Shown here: positions 8,879 to 17,254 of the stretch, one piece after another
Layout: every line of letters begins with the position of its first letter
Position numbering within the stretch: the first letter of the stretch is position 1
Origin: a virus
Direction: 5' to 3' (one strand)
Length of the DNA: 64,000 nucleotides
Virus record (IMG/VR): IMGVR_UViG_3300037359_000101
Location: 4,876 to 68,875 of that record
Translations under genes and position numbers: made by a program
The notes under the pieces: generated by a model
The model's database searches: none
What the model was told of the DNA's origin: nothing
What the model saw: the letters and a program-made list of their open reading frames with translations, nothing else

Positions 8879-9517
8879 ATGACATTCAAAGAACTAAACG
8901 AAAAGTTGGGTGGTGACGAAGACGCAAAGAACTGGCGGCAGGCAGCCGGCGGTGGGTGGTTGCACAAGTCGGCTAACGTTGCGGACGAATTGAGGATCAC
9001 AGAAAATGCCATTGTCTGTGGGAGAGTGGAGGACAACGCGCGGGTCTTCGGCAACGCGCAGGTCTCCGGCAACGCGCAGGTCTCCGGCGACGCGCAGGTC
9101 TCCGGCAACGCGTGGGTCTCCGGCAACGCGCGGGTCTCCGGCGACGCGCGGGTCTTCGGCAACGCGCAGGTCTCCGGCAACGCGTGGGTCTTCGGCAACG
9201 CGTGGGTCTCCGGCGACGCGCGGGTCTTCGGCAACGCGCAGGTCTCCGGCAACGCGTGGGTCTTCGGCAACGCGCGGGTCTTCGGCAACGCGCGGGTCTT
9301 CGGTGGAGAGTGGGAGCAAAGCCCGCTTTTCATTGTGGGGACTTCGTTTTCGCTCACTAACGCAAAGCCGGGGCACATTCAGATCGGATGTGAGTGCCAC
9401 GAGTTTTCATGGTGGAAAAAGAACGGAATGGAGTTGGCGGAGCAGCACGGCTTTACCCCGGAACAGGTCAAGGAATATACGGCGTATGTCGCGCTGTTTG
9501 CCATAATCGGAAAATGA
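8879..9517 (+). CDS. hexapeptide-repeat (left-handed beta-helix) protein
   Basis: 15 x G[ND]A[QRW]V[SF]; C-terminal IQIGC...W motif. Confidence 0.85.
   Translation: MTFKELNEKLGGDEDAKNWRQAAGGGWLHKSANVADELRITENAIVCGRVEDNARVFGNAQVSGNAQVSGDAQVSGNAWVSGNARVSGDARVFGNAQVSGNAWVFGNAWVSGDARVFGNAQVSGNAWVFGNARVFGNARVFGGEWEQSPLFIVGTSFSLTNAKPGHIQIGCECHEFSWWKKNGMELAEQHGFTPEQVKEYTAYVALFAIIGK
9032..9301 (+). repeat. 18-bp coding tandem repeat, 15 copies
   Basis: GGC[A/G]ACGCG[CA/CG/TG]GGTCT[C/T]C units. Confidence 0.95.
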
Positions 9518-10045
9518 AACTTAAAACTGCATTGGTGTTGGCCGGGCTGGTTATGTGTCAGGCCGCCGCGAAGGGAGAGACGGTGCTGTGGGATTACAGC
9601 GAGACGGTATCGGGGTTTGTCGTCTACTGCCGAGAGGTGGGCGCATCCGATGTGCGGAAGTGGGACATTCCGGACGGAGAAGCGCGCTCGTTGGTGGTGA
9701 CGGACCTCATACCGGGCTCGGACTACGAGTTTTGGGGCACCGCATACAACAAAGTGACCGGGTTTCCTCGGGTTACTTCGGACCCGTCCGGGGTAGTGGT
9801 GTATACAAAGGCGCTGGTTGCCTACAGCGGTCCGCCCAAGGTGTTGCCGCCGAGACTGTTAAAGTCGGGCGGCGCGCGTATTACCTTTTTTCGGTCCGGC
9901 GGGAAAGTCAAATGGCGTGTGGGTATCGTCGGATCAGAAAACGTGGCAGCGGCTGGGGACAGCGATAGAGATTGTCAGCGGCCAGTATCAATTTACGGAT
10001 ACCGACACGAGCTATCACAGTTCACGGTTCTACAAAATATTATGA
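9514..10045 (+). CDS. secreted FN3-like protein with Verrucomicrobia-type C-terminal domain; frameshifted at T6 (9886-9891)
   Basis: Signal peptide MKLKTALVLAGLVMCQAAA; FN3-like LIPGSDYEF. Removing one T gives ...FFGPAGKSNGVWVSSDQKTWQRLGTAIEIVSGQYQFTDTDTSYHSSRFYKIL*, whose TGA overlaps the next ATG. Confidence 0.7.
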
Positions 10046-10290
10046 GCGATAATGAAGATCGAATGGCGGCGCTGGCAATTCGGCAGATCGGAAAAGCGGG
10101 TGTCTGCGAGGAACGCGTGGCGCTACTTAACGGGCGGCTGAAAGTATTGGAGCGGGACAACGCGGTGCAGCGGGAGTTGATTTCGTGGGCGGAGACGCTG
10201 CTGTGCAACTCGTTGCCCCAGGCGCATTGCCTGCCGGCTGATTGGGACCGCATCGTCAAGAACTGGCGAGACCAAGTTCACGAGAAATAG
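10042..10290 (+). CDS. hypothetical protein (appears fused to the upstream gene in the ORF track)
   Basis: ATG 10042 in an ATGA overlap; MSDNEDRM... Confidence 0.6.
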   Translation: MSDNEDRMAALAIRQIGKAGVCEERVALLNGRLKVLERDNAVQRELISWAETLLCNSLPQAHCLPADWDRIVKNWRDQVHEK

Positions 10291-10335
10291 CGGTTGTGTC
10301 TTTTTCTTGAGTGTCGGTTAAACAGAAAAAAAAAA

Positions 10336-10698
10336 ATGCAAATTGAACTGAAGCAATACAATACGGTGGTGGACGGTCTCCGGCAGCAACTCGAATTGGC
10401 GCGGGCGCTGGTCTCGGAGAAGATCGAGGTTATCAAATACCTGGACGAGAACCTCCGCGCGACGCGGGCGGCGCTGGCGAAGGAGGCGCAGGACCACAAG
10501 GACAATATCAGCACGATGGCAGACATTGTTCAGGGGACTCGCGCGCAGTTGGAGGCGTGCAAGCACGCGGCCATGGATTGGCCGGTCCCGGCCTGCGCTC
10601 CCTGCGACCATCTCGATGCGGTCTTGGCCCTGCGGAGGGACCTCGCGTCGGTCTGCGCGGACAACAAGGCTTTGCGCGCCCGTAAGCGCAGCAAGTAA
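10336..10698 (+). CDS. coiled-coil hypothetical protein
   Basis: ATG at the end of an A11 run; heptad pattern. Confidence 0.6.
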   Translation: MQIELKQYNTVVDGLRQQLELARALVSEKIEVIKYLDENLRATRAALAKEAQDHKDNISTMADIVQGTRAQLEACKHAAMDWPVPACAPCDHLDAVLALRRDLASVCADNKALRARKRSK

Positions 10699-10711
10699 TC
10701 CCGGCTCGGGG

Positions 10712-10740
10712 TTGACCCGGCGGCCATTCTGGGAGACTAT
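10712..10740 (+). promoter_or_regulatory. putative phage-sigma promoter TTGACC-N17-GACTAT
   Basis: Intergenic; ATG 8 nt downstream. Confidence 0.6.
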
Positions 10741-10748
10741 TTTTCCAG

Positions 10749-12539
10749 ATGGCCGCCGTCTCTTTTTCTCAGGCTCTGCTTGATGACACCGCCCAGCGAT
10801 TGACCTACAAAATCGCGGTAGCGATGTTTTCTGCCGGGAGCAATCCAAAGTTCCACCCCCGGATGGACGACACGCAGCAGCGGCTGACTTGGAAAATCGT
10901 GTCCCTCCTATCGCCGGTCAATCCGAGGTTTACCCCGCGCTTGGACGACACGCTCCAGCGGTTGCTGTGGAAGTGGTGCTCGGTGCTTTTTGTTTCAGGC
11001 AGCAGCCCGAAGTTTGCTCCGCGCATGGACGACACGCAGCAGCGGCTGCTGTGGAAGATTGCCTCGTTGCTTCTTGGCACTGACACGGACGACTCGCAAT
11101 GGGTGCCGCGTTTGGATGACACTCAGCAGCGGTTGCTCTGGAAGATTTCTTCCATATCCCAGGAGGTGGAGCCCCCATCGGGGAACCCCCCTAATAAAGC
11201 GGTCAATCCGAATCCCACGGCGGGAGCAACGGGGATCGCGGTTACCGGAACTTCTCTATCTTGGCAGAACGGCGGCGGAGCGTCCACCTACCGGGTTTGG
11301 TTCAACGGAGTGCTTCAGGGGACGCAGGCAGGAACCACTTTTTCTCTCGGGACAGGACTGCTCAATTCCACGGTGTATTCATGGCGCATCGATTCGATCA
11401 ACGCTGAAGGAACCACTATCGGGGATACTTGGACATTTACCACGGCGGCCATCGCTTTTGCGTTCACTCCAGCTACGCAGTTGGTCCACTGGACACAGCT
11501 AGGAAACGAAACTCCGGGGCTCACGGGGACCTTGGCGCAGTTTAACGCGACGGCAGACAAGCCAAATGTTTTTACCATAGATTTTTCTCATGCGGACTCG
11601 CTGTCGGTTACCAGCGTAACCGGGCTCCAGGCGCTGCCCGCGCTCTTCGCGTTCGACTGCCAAGATCAAGTAATCACTTCTTTGGACGCGTCTAATTGCC
11701 CGAAGCTCAGCGCGATGCAGGTGCAGAATAATCCGAATCTAGCCGGTCTCAATATCACGGGCTGCACTGAGTTGACAACTGTATCCTGTGCCAACGGGGG
11801 GGCGCTTGTGAGTTTGATCGGGCTCAATACCTGCGCGGCAATGACTGATTTCAGTTGTCTGTCCAGTTCACTGCCCTCGCTCGATTGCACGGGATTGGCT
11901 GCGTTGACCAATCTTGAGGGGTCTTTAAGTTCAGTGGGCTCGGTCAATATCACCGGATGCACTGCGCTGACTTTCTTCCATTTTGGGGTGTGCCCCAATC
12001 TGACTACGATAGTGGGGGGCGGGGTGTTGACCTTTGTAGACGTCCTCAGCTTGGAGGACAATCCGGGGCTTACAGTTTTGAATTTTCCGAGTTTGGTATC
12101 CGTGGGGAGCAACTTAAATATGGCCGGCAATTCCAGTATGACGTCGTTGTCGATGCCGGCGCTCGTAGCGTGCGCGTTTTATACAGGTGCCCTATCCGGA
12201 TGCAACCTAACTGGAAATCTCAATTTATCGTCGTTGCTTGACATCCCCACCAGGTTTGACGGGGCGGGCAATCCGCTATTGACTTCCATTACCCTCAACC
12301 CGGCTCTCAACTTTAGTGGAAGCACATCTCAGAACGTCGTCGGGGCGGCAATCGCTTTCCCCGGCTGCGGATTAAACCAGTTCACGGTGGACACTCTCCT
12401 AGTCATCGCGGCTAATTCCGGCTTTGGGGCGCACGATACTATTGACATCAGCGGGGGCACCAATGCGGCTCCGGGGCCGGCGAGTGCCACGGCATTGGCT
12501 ACGCTATCCGCTAACGGGTGCCCCGTTTCAACTAATTGA
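10749..12539 (+). CDS. putative virion-associated adhesin: 5 N-terminal repeats, FN3/Ig-like domain, LRR or L-domain-like solenoid
   Basis: 5 x DDTxQRLxWK-type repeats; YSWRIDSINAEGTTIGDTWTFTT; LxxLxxxxC and LxxPxLxxV repeats. Confidence 0.7.
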   Translation: MAAVSFSQALLDDTAQRLTYKIAVAMFSAGSNPKFHPRMDDTQQRLTWKIVSLLSPVNPRFTPRLDDTLQRLLWKWCSVLFVSGSSPKFAPRMDDTQQRLLWKIASLLLGTDTDDSQWVPRLDDTQQRLLWKISSISQEVEPPSGNPPNKAVNPNPTAGATGIAVTGTSLSWQNGGGASTYRVWFNGVLQGTQAGTTFSLGTGLLNSTVYSWRIDSINAEGTTIGDTWTFTTAAIAFAFTPATQLVHWTQLGNETPGLTGTLAQFNATADKPNVFTIDFSHADSLSVTSVTGLQALPALFAFDCQDQVITSLDASNCPKLSAMQVQNNPNLAGLNITGCTELTTVSCANGGALVSLIGLNTCAAMTDFSCLSSSLPSLDCTGLAALTNLEGSLSSVGSVNITGCTALTFFHFGVCPNLTTIVGGGVLTFVDVLSLEDNPGLTVLNFPSLVSVGSNLNMAGNSSMTSLSMPALVACAFYTGALSGCNLTGNLNLSSLLDIPTRFDGAGNPLLTSITLNPALNFSGSTSQNVVGAAIAFPGCGLNQFTVDTLLVIAANSGFGAHDTIDISGGTNAAPGPASATALATLSANGCPVSTN

Positions 12540-12561
12540 TCCGGTCAGGTAAATTAAAAAT

Positions 12562-12810
12562 ATGGACATAAACACCACGATAACAGACGATCAGGCAGCG
12601 GCGCTAGCGACCGCATTGCGGGTAAAGAAATACGCAGATGGTAATGATCTGATCCAGCAGGGCGCGCTCCTGGCTACGGTTCAGGCACAGCGGACCTTCC
12701 TCGTTCAACATCTGATGCAGCAGAGCGACCCGGCAGTTCTCGCCTCTGTGACTACGAGCTTGGGTCCAGTGAACTTCGTGCTCGGACCGGCAGCCACACC
12801 CGCGGGTTGA
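12562..12810 (+). CDS. hypothetical protein (possible fibre partner)
   Basis: ATG after an A-rich leader; directly follows the adhesin. Confidence 0.6.
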   Translation: MDINTTITDDQAAALATALRVKKYADGNDLIQQGALLATVQAQRTFLVQHLMQQSDPAVLASVTTSLGPVNFVLGPAATPAG

Positions 12811-12836
12811 CCGGATGGCGGTAGCGAGGAGACTGT
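12807..12836 (+). promoter_or_regulatory. putative phage-sigma promoter TTGACC-N18-GACTGT
   Basis: Motif match; ATG 9 nt downstream. Confidence 0.5.
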
Positions 12837-12845
12837 TTTATCGTT

Positions 12846-13070
12846 ATGGCAACACTCTCGACGGCGGCTAAGGCACAGGTCCAATCGGCGATTGATTATC
12901 TGCGGGAGGGCACCGCGCTCAACCTCCCCATATCGGAGAACTTGCTGGCGCGGCTCGCCCCGGCGGCAGTGTCCAGCGGATTCGTTCCCACTACGGGAGC
13001 GTTTTACGAGCGAATGACCAACGAGCCGATTCGGACCCTCTTGGGCTGGATCACGGTCCTCGGAAGTTAG
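12846..13070 (+). CDS. small hypothetical protein
   Basis: ATG start after the promoter motif. Confidence 0.6.
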   Translation: MATLSTAAKAQVQSAIDYLREGTALNLPISENLLARLAPAAVSSGFVPTTGAFYERMTNEPIRTLLGWITVLGS

Positions 13071-13234
13071 GCGGCTCGCGGGCAAGGGAGTGCTTTCGCA
13101 ACCTGCGAATTCGCTCACGCCGGAGCTACTTTTTGAAGATCAGAAAATCTTTACTCCCCGGTCTGAATAGTTAGCGTAGCTTCAATCGTATTTTCGGGTC
13201 TTGCGGGTTTCGTTATTGGTGGTATTCTCTGGCC

Positions 13235-13345
13235 ATGATTATCGTAGCATTAATCGGGGTGGCGCTGTTTACACACAGCCCGCATGTCTTTCTGGGGGCG
13301 TGTCTTGCGGCATTGTTCATGGGTGCCGTGGAGGGGAATAAGTGA
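13235..13345 (+). CDS. small membrane peptide (36 aa)
   Basis: MIIVALIGVALFTHSPHVFLGACLAALFMGAVEGNK*; TGGTATTCT -10 box 6 nt upstream; GTGA overlap with the recombinase. Confidence 0.5.
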   Translation: MIIVALIGVALFTHSPHVFLGACLAALFMGAVEGNK

Positions 13346-14046
13346 ACGCCTACGGATACATCCGAGTAAGTGGCAAGGGCCAAGTGGACGGCGACGGACC
13401 CGAGCGCCAGAAGGACGCTATTCTTCGCTTCTGCCGGGCTCATGGCCTGGGCCAGCCAAGCCTGTTCAACGAGATGGCGGTCTCTGGCACGGTGGAGGCG
13501 ATGGACCGGCCCGAGTTTGTTTCCATGACGGATGCCATTAAGCGGCTCCGAAAAGTGCTCGGCGAGGACACCCCCGTCTGCATTGTGGTGGAACGCCAGG
13601 ACCGAATAGCGCGGGACCTCATAGTCCAGGAGCTTCTGCTGGCGGAGTGCTCGAAGCTGAAGATTCCAGTTTACTCGGCGGACCAGAATTTGATGCAGGA
13701 CTTGGCGGAGTCGGGAATGGACCCGACACGGAAGATGCTCCGGCAGATTCTTGGAGTGGTGGCGGAGTGGGAAAAGTCCGTCCTGGTGATGAAGCTCCGC
13801 TCAGCCCGGGATCGAAAGCGGACTCAGACGGGACGCTGTGAAGGCCCGCTTCCGTTTGGGGCGACCGACGCGGAGCGCAACACGCAAGCGATTCTGCTCA
13901 CACTGCACCACTCGGGCTGCTCGTATGCGGAGATAGCCGAGAAGGCAAACGAGATGTCGATACGAAACCGGGGCGGACGGCATTGGACGCGGGGGGCCGT
14001 GTATCAGGCCGTGACTCAGCGGGGGGTTAAGACAATCTCGCGCTGA
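13342..14046 (+). CDS. serine recombinase (resolvase/invertase family) with short C-terminal DNA-binding domain
   Basis: YGYIRVS (catalytic Ser), SG...DRPEF, DRIAR, and EIA...RGGRHWTRGAV. Confidence 0.9.
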   Translation: MNAYGYIRVSGKGQVDGDGPERQKDAILRFCRAHGLGQPSLFNEMAVSGTVEAMDRPEFVSMTDAIKRLRKVLGEDTPVCIVVERQDRIARDLIVQELLLAECSKLKIPVYSADQNLMQDLAESGMDPTRKMLRQILGVVAEWEKSVLVMKLRSARDRKRTQTGRCEGPLPFGATDAERNTQAILLTLHHSGCSYAEIAEKANEMSIRNRGGRHWTRGAVYQAVTQRGVKTISR

Positions 14047-14072
14047 ACAACCGCCCCTCAGCAGGAGACTGT
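14043..14072 (+). promoter_or_regulatory. putative phage-sigma promoter CTGAAC-N18-GACTGT
   Basis: GGAGACTGTT match; GTG 6 nt downstream. Confidence 0.45.
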
Positions 14073-14078
14073 TGAGGC

Positions 14079-14162
14079 GTGGACACACTGGTTTTCGCGG
14101 TCTTGGCTGGCGTCGTGGTGACGGCGGTTATGTATTTCCTGCCGTTGGAGCGCCGGAAATGA
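14079..14162 (+). CDS. 27-aa membrane peptide
   Basis: MDTLVFAVLAGVVVTAVMYFLPLERRK*; ATGA overlap with the next gene. Confidence 0.45.
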   Translation: MDTLVFAVLAGVVVTAVMYFLPLERRK

Positions 14163-14485
14163 AAAAGGTCTTCGCCGCATATTCCCGGGAGAAAGTAGGG
14201 CTGGTTCGCGTCTGGATGGAGTCCTGGGAAAGACGGGGGTGGCGGCCTCAGCTTCTTTCGGTCAAGGAGATTCAGGGCGCGGGCTCAGTTCGCAAAGCGG
14301 CGGAGGACCGGGGCGGGGGTGTTTTGGCGGACCTTCTGATAATCAATTTTGGATTCTGGTCCCGGGACCGGGCTCCCCTTCGATCCACTCGGATCAACCG
14401 GGCGGGGTGGGAAAGCGCGGCCTTGGTTCGTTTTTCTCCGGGGGCTTCTGAGACCGAAATAAGGGAGTGTGGCCGATGCCTCTGA
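14159..14485 (+). CDS. small protein resembling a minimal glycosyltransferase-like fragment
   Basis: VWMESWERRGWRPQLL...GGVLADLLIINF resembles the WxxxWxxxGWxP...GGxxxDxD pattern but lacks an intact DxD. Confidence 0.4.
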   Translation: MKKVFAAYSREKVGLVRVWMESWERRGWRPQLLSVKEIQGAGSVRKAAEDRGGGVLADLLIINFGFWSRDRAPLRSTRINRAGWESAALVRFSPGASETEIRECGRCL

Positions 14486-16398
14486 GCAACCAGGAGAAAG
14501 CACTGGCGTCAGAAATCTCGGGCTTGTTGCACGCGGACAAGAAGCCGGAGGCGGCGCGCATAGTTGCGGACTTGTGCAAGATCAAGCTCTCAACGAAACA
14601 GGCGGGGGACCCGAGCCGGGCCGACCCGCTGTTGCAGTCGTATCTCCACAATTTGCTGGAGGCGGACGGGCTGGTTGAGGCGGCGCAGTTGCTCTGGTCT
14701 CCCACCCAGTTCAACCCCGCTCCGCAGAGCGCGCAGGACGTGTGGAAGTTGTTTGACGAGTCCTGCACGGGGCTGATTATGGGCGGCGCGAAGCTGTCCA
14801 AGTCGTTTTCGATGGGCGTCCGCCTTTTCCTGGAGTGGGTGCGTGATCCAGAATACACCTCGATCCGAGTGCTCGGCCCCTCGGAGAACCATTTGCAGGA
14901 GAACTTGTTCTCGCACCTAGTATCGCTCCACCAGCACGCCACGCTTCCAATGCCGGGGGCGGTGGGCGACCTGTTCATCGGGCTCAACCGGCGGGATCAG
15001 ACCTCTTCGATCCGGGGGGTTATCATCCCGAAGGGGAACGTGAAAAAGGCGGGCCGGCTGCAAGGCGGCCACCGGCGTCCTCGAATGGCTCCCCATCCGA
15101 TTTTTGGCCCGCTGTCCCGGCTGTTTATCTTCCTCGATGAGATCGAGAACATCCCTTCAGGAGTGTGGCAGGACATTGACAATGTTCTCTCGGAAATTGA
15201 AAAGGGCGGCCAGGGGTTCAAAATCTTCGGGGCCTACAATCCCACCAACCCCACTGATGAGGTGGGCAAGCGGGCGGAACCTCCCTTCGGATATGCGGAC
15301 CTTGATGAGGACGTTCACTTTCGGTGGAAGTCAGCCCGTGGGTGGGACGTGCTCCGGCTTGATGGAGAGCGCTGTGAGAATGTCATCCAGGGGAAGATTG
15401 TTTACCCGGGACTTCAGACGCGCGAGGGGCTGGAGAAGATAGCGGAGAATGCTGGCGGCAGGAACGCTCCGGGCTACCGGACGATGGGCCGGGGAATGTA
15501 TCCCAGCATGGGGATTGAGGCTACGGTTATTCCGCCTGGGTTGCTTAACAAGTTCCGGGGGGAATACATCTGGTATCAGGAGCCGCAGCCCGTGGGAGCA
15601 ACAGATTTGGCGTTGGAGGGCGGCGACGGCTGCATTCACACCTTGGGGGAGTGGGGCTTGGCCAGCGGCGTAAAGTATCCGCCTTCGCTGGAATTTCCCA
15701 AGGGTCAAGTAGTGATGTTCAGGGACCCTCGGGGGCAGGTCGTTCCGCGCTGGGGGCTTCAAGCCAAGCAGCAGTTCACGCTACCGAAAGGGGACACCGT
15801 AGCGATGAAAGCTTCGGTGATGGACATGAACCGAAAGTCAGGAGTTCGCCCCGATTATTATGCCTGTGACCGGACGGGGCACGGCGCGGGGGTGGCGGAC
15901 CTGATAAGGAATGAATGGTCCTCCACGATCCACGATGTCAACTACTCTTCAGGGGCCAGTGACACCAAGATCATGCTGGAGGATTCAGACATCTGCACGA
16001 AGGCTTACGAGCGAATTTTTTCCGAATTATGGTTTGCTCTCCGGCTGTGGGGTGAATTTGGGTATTTGCTGATCCATCCTTCGATGGATATGACGAAGTT
16101 GACGCAGCAACTCACCAACCGTCGGTTTCGGACCAAGGCCGGCAGAAAGTGCGTTGAATCGAAGACCGATTACAAATCCCGGGGATTTGAGTCTCCCGGC
16201 GAAGCGGACTCGCTTACGCTTTTGGTTCACGCGGCGCGCCGGGGAAGCGGCGTCATACCTTCAATGCGGGGAGTGGCGGTGGACGGCCCGGGCGACGAGG
16301 GGGACGATTGGAATCCGGCGATGTATTCGGGAGGAGCCCGGATAGACCAGTCTAATCGGTCCGATTTTCTCGACACGGGAGGGCTCACGATTTTGTAA
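14476..16398 (+). CDS. terL: terminase large subunit
   Basis: GGAKLSKS Walker A variant, LFIFLDE Walker B, GAYNP motif III; RNase-H-like nuclease motifs TDLALEGGD, CDRTGHGAGVAD, SPGEADSL. Confidence 0.85.
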   Translation: MPLSNQEKALASEISGLLHADKKPEAARIVADLCKIKLSTKQAGDPSRADPLLQSYLHNLLEADGLVEAAQLLWSPTQFNPAPQSAQDVWKLFDESCTGLIMGGAKLSKSFSMGVRLFLEWVRDPEYTSIRVLGPSENHLQENLFSHLVSLHQHATLPMPGAVGDLFIGLNRRDQTSSIRGVIIPKGNVKKAGRLQGGHRRPRMAPHPIFGPLSRLFIFLDEIENIPSGVWQDIDNVLSEIEKGGQGFKIFGAYNPTNPTDEVGKRAEPPFGYADLDEDVHFRWKSARGWDVLRLDGERCENVIQGKIVYPGLQTREGLEKIAENAGGRNAPGYRTMGRGMYPSMGIEATVIPPGLLNKFRGEYIWYQEPQPVGATDLALEGGDGCIHTLGEWGLASGVKYPPSLEFPKGQVVMFRDPRGQVVPRWGLQAKQQFTLPKGDTVAMKASVMDMNRKSGVRPDYYACDRTGHGAGVADLIRNEWSSTIHDVNYSSGASDTKIMLEDSDICTKAYERIFSELWFALRLWGEFGYLLIHPSMDMTKLTQQLTNRRFRTKAGRKCVESKTDYKSRGFESPGEADSLTLLVHAARRGSGVIPSMRGVAVDGPGDEGDDWNPAMYSGGARIDQSNRSDFLDTGGLTIL

Positions 16399-16970
16399 TG
16401 CACATCAACCCAAACATATATCCGCACGACGGTTTTGTGTTCAAGGATTCGGACGGCACGACGCATTCTGGAGACAGTTGGGCCGGGGTCATCGTCCGGG
16501 TCCAGAACTACCGCAGGCGGCAAGGGGGGCCGGTTGACTCGGTGGAGAGCGAAGTCATTTTCCAGGCGTGCCTGAAGAATCCCATCTTGTGCAAGGAGGA
16601 CAACGGAATTACGCGAGCCGCGCGCAAGATTGTTTCCCTTAAGGGCCGGGTCCTCCAGTGGCTCAACGCACTCCGAGGAGTCAAGGAAAAAGAGGGGCTA
16701 CGATACGTCGATCCCGACATGCACGCGGCCCGGACGGACGTATGTGTTCGGTGTCCGCTAAACAAGAGCATGACAGAAGGGTGTAGTTCGTGTAAGGCGG
16801 CCCTGGACTCGCTTCGGGATGAGTTGGTGGGACGCCGGGGGCGCACGGACGCTCGGATTACAGCCTGCCCGGTTTTGGGCGAATATCTCCCGGTATCCAC
16901 TTGGATTGATGTCCCCACAGAGGTAAACGCAGATTTGCCAGCGGAGTGCTGGCGGAAAAGGACGCTATGA
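16398..16970 (+). CDS. Cys-rich (probable Zn-binding) protein
   Basis: CVRCP, CSSC, C...CW; TAATG coupling. Confidence 0.7.
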   Translation: MHINPNIYPHDGFVFKDSDGTTHSGDSWAGVIVRVQNYRRRQGGPVDSVESEVIFQACLKNPILCKEDNGITRAARKIVSLKGRVLQWLNALRGVKEKEGLRYVDPDMHAARTDVCVRCPLNKSMTEGCSSCKAALDSLRDELVGRRGRTDARITACPVLGEYLPVSTWIDVPTEVNADLPAECWRKRTL

Positions 16971-17215
16971 TTCGCATGGCTTGGAAGTTTTTCGTTTCGA
17001 TGGCGAGGCACCAGTGGGCGCGTTGGCGAGGGTTTGAAGTGCTTGCTCCGTTCGGAATTCAGAAGTGGCGAATGCGTAGCTGCGGGGTCTGCCCTTTCAA
17101 CGAAGAGGGCCAGTGTAGCAAGTGCAAATGCTTGGTCCTCTCCAAAACGATGATGGCTTTGGAGCGGTGCCCTGTCCGGCTGTGGAGTCCGGTGTGGGTG
17201 CGGCGTCCAAAATGA
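16967..17215 (+). CDS. small Cys-rich protein (DUF6171-like)
   Basis: CGVCP...QCSKCKC...K......CP...W. Confidence 0.7.
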   Translation: MIRMAWKFFVSMARHQWARWRGFEVLAPFGIQKWRMRSCGVCPFNEEGQCSKCKCLVLSKTMMALERCPVRLWSPVWVRRPK

Positions 17216-17240
17216 CATCAGCTTTTTTCTAAGAGACTAT
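17212..17240 (+). promoter_or_regulatory. putative phage-sigma promoter ATGACA-N17-GACTAT
   Basis: Directly upstream of the portal gene. Confidence 0.55.
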
Positions 17241-17254
17241 CTATCAGACTAGCT

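Noticed and set aside
8863-9506. Alternative-frame repeat proteins (PETRAL, AGDPRV, SPATRG)
   Set aside because: By-products of the 18-bp repeat; only the GNAxV frame matches a known family
9394-10290. Single 298-aa protein as listed in the ORF track
   Set aside because: Better explained as two genes joined by a one-base frameshift; ATGA overlaps at 9514 and 10042 support this
10770-11150. DGR template/variable repeat or CRISPR-like repeats
   Set aside because: In-frame protein repeats with synonymous variation; no adenine-specific pattern and no reverse transcriptase in the window
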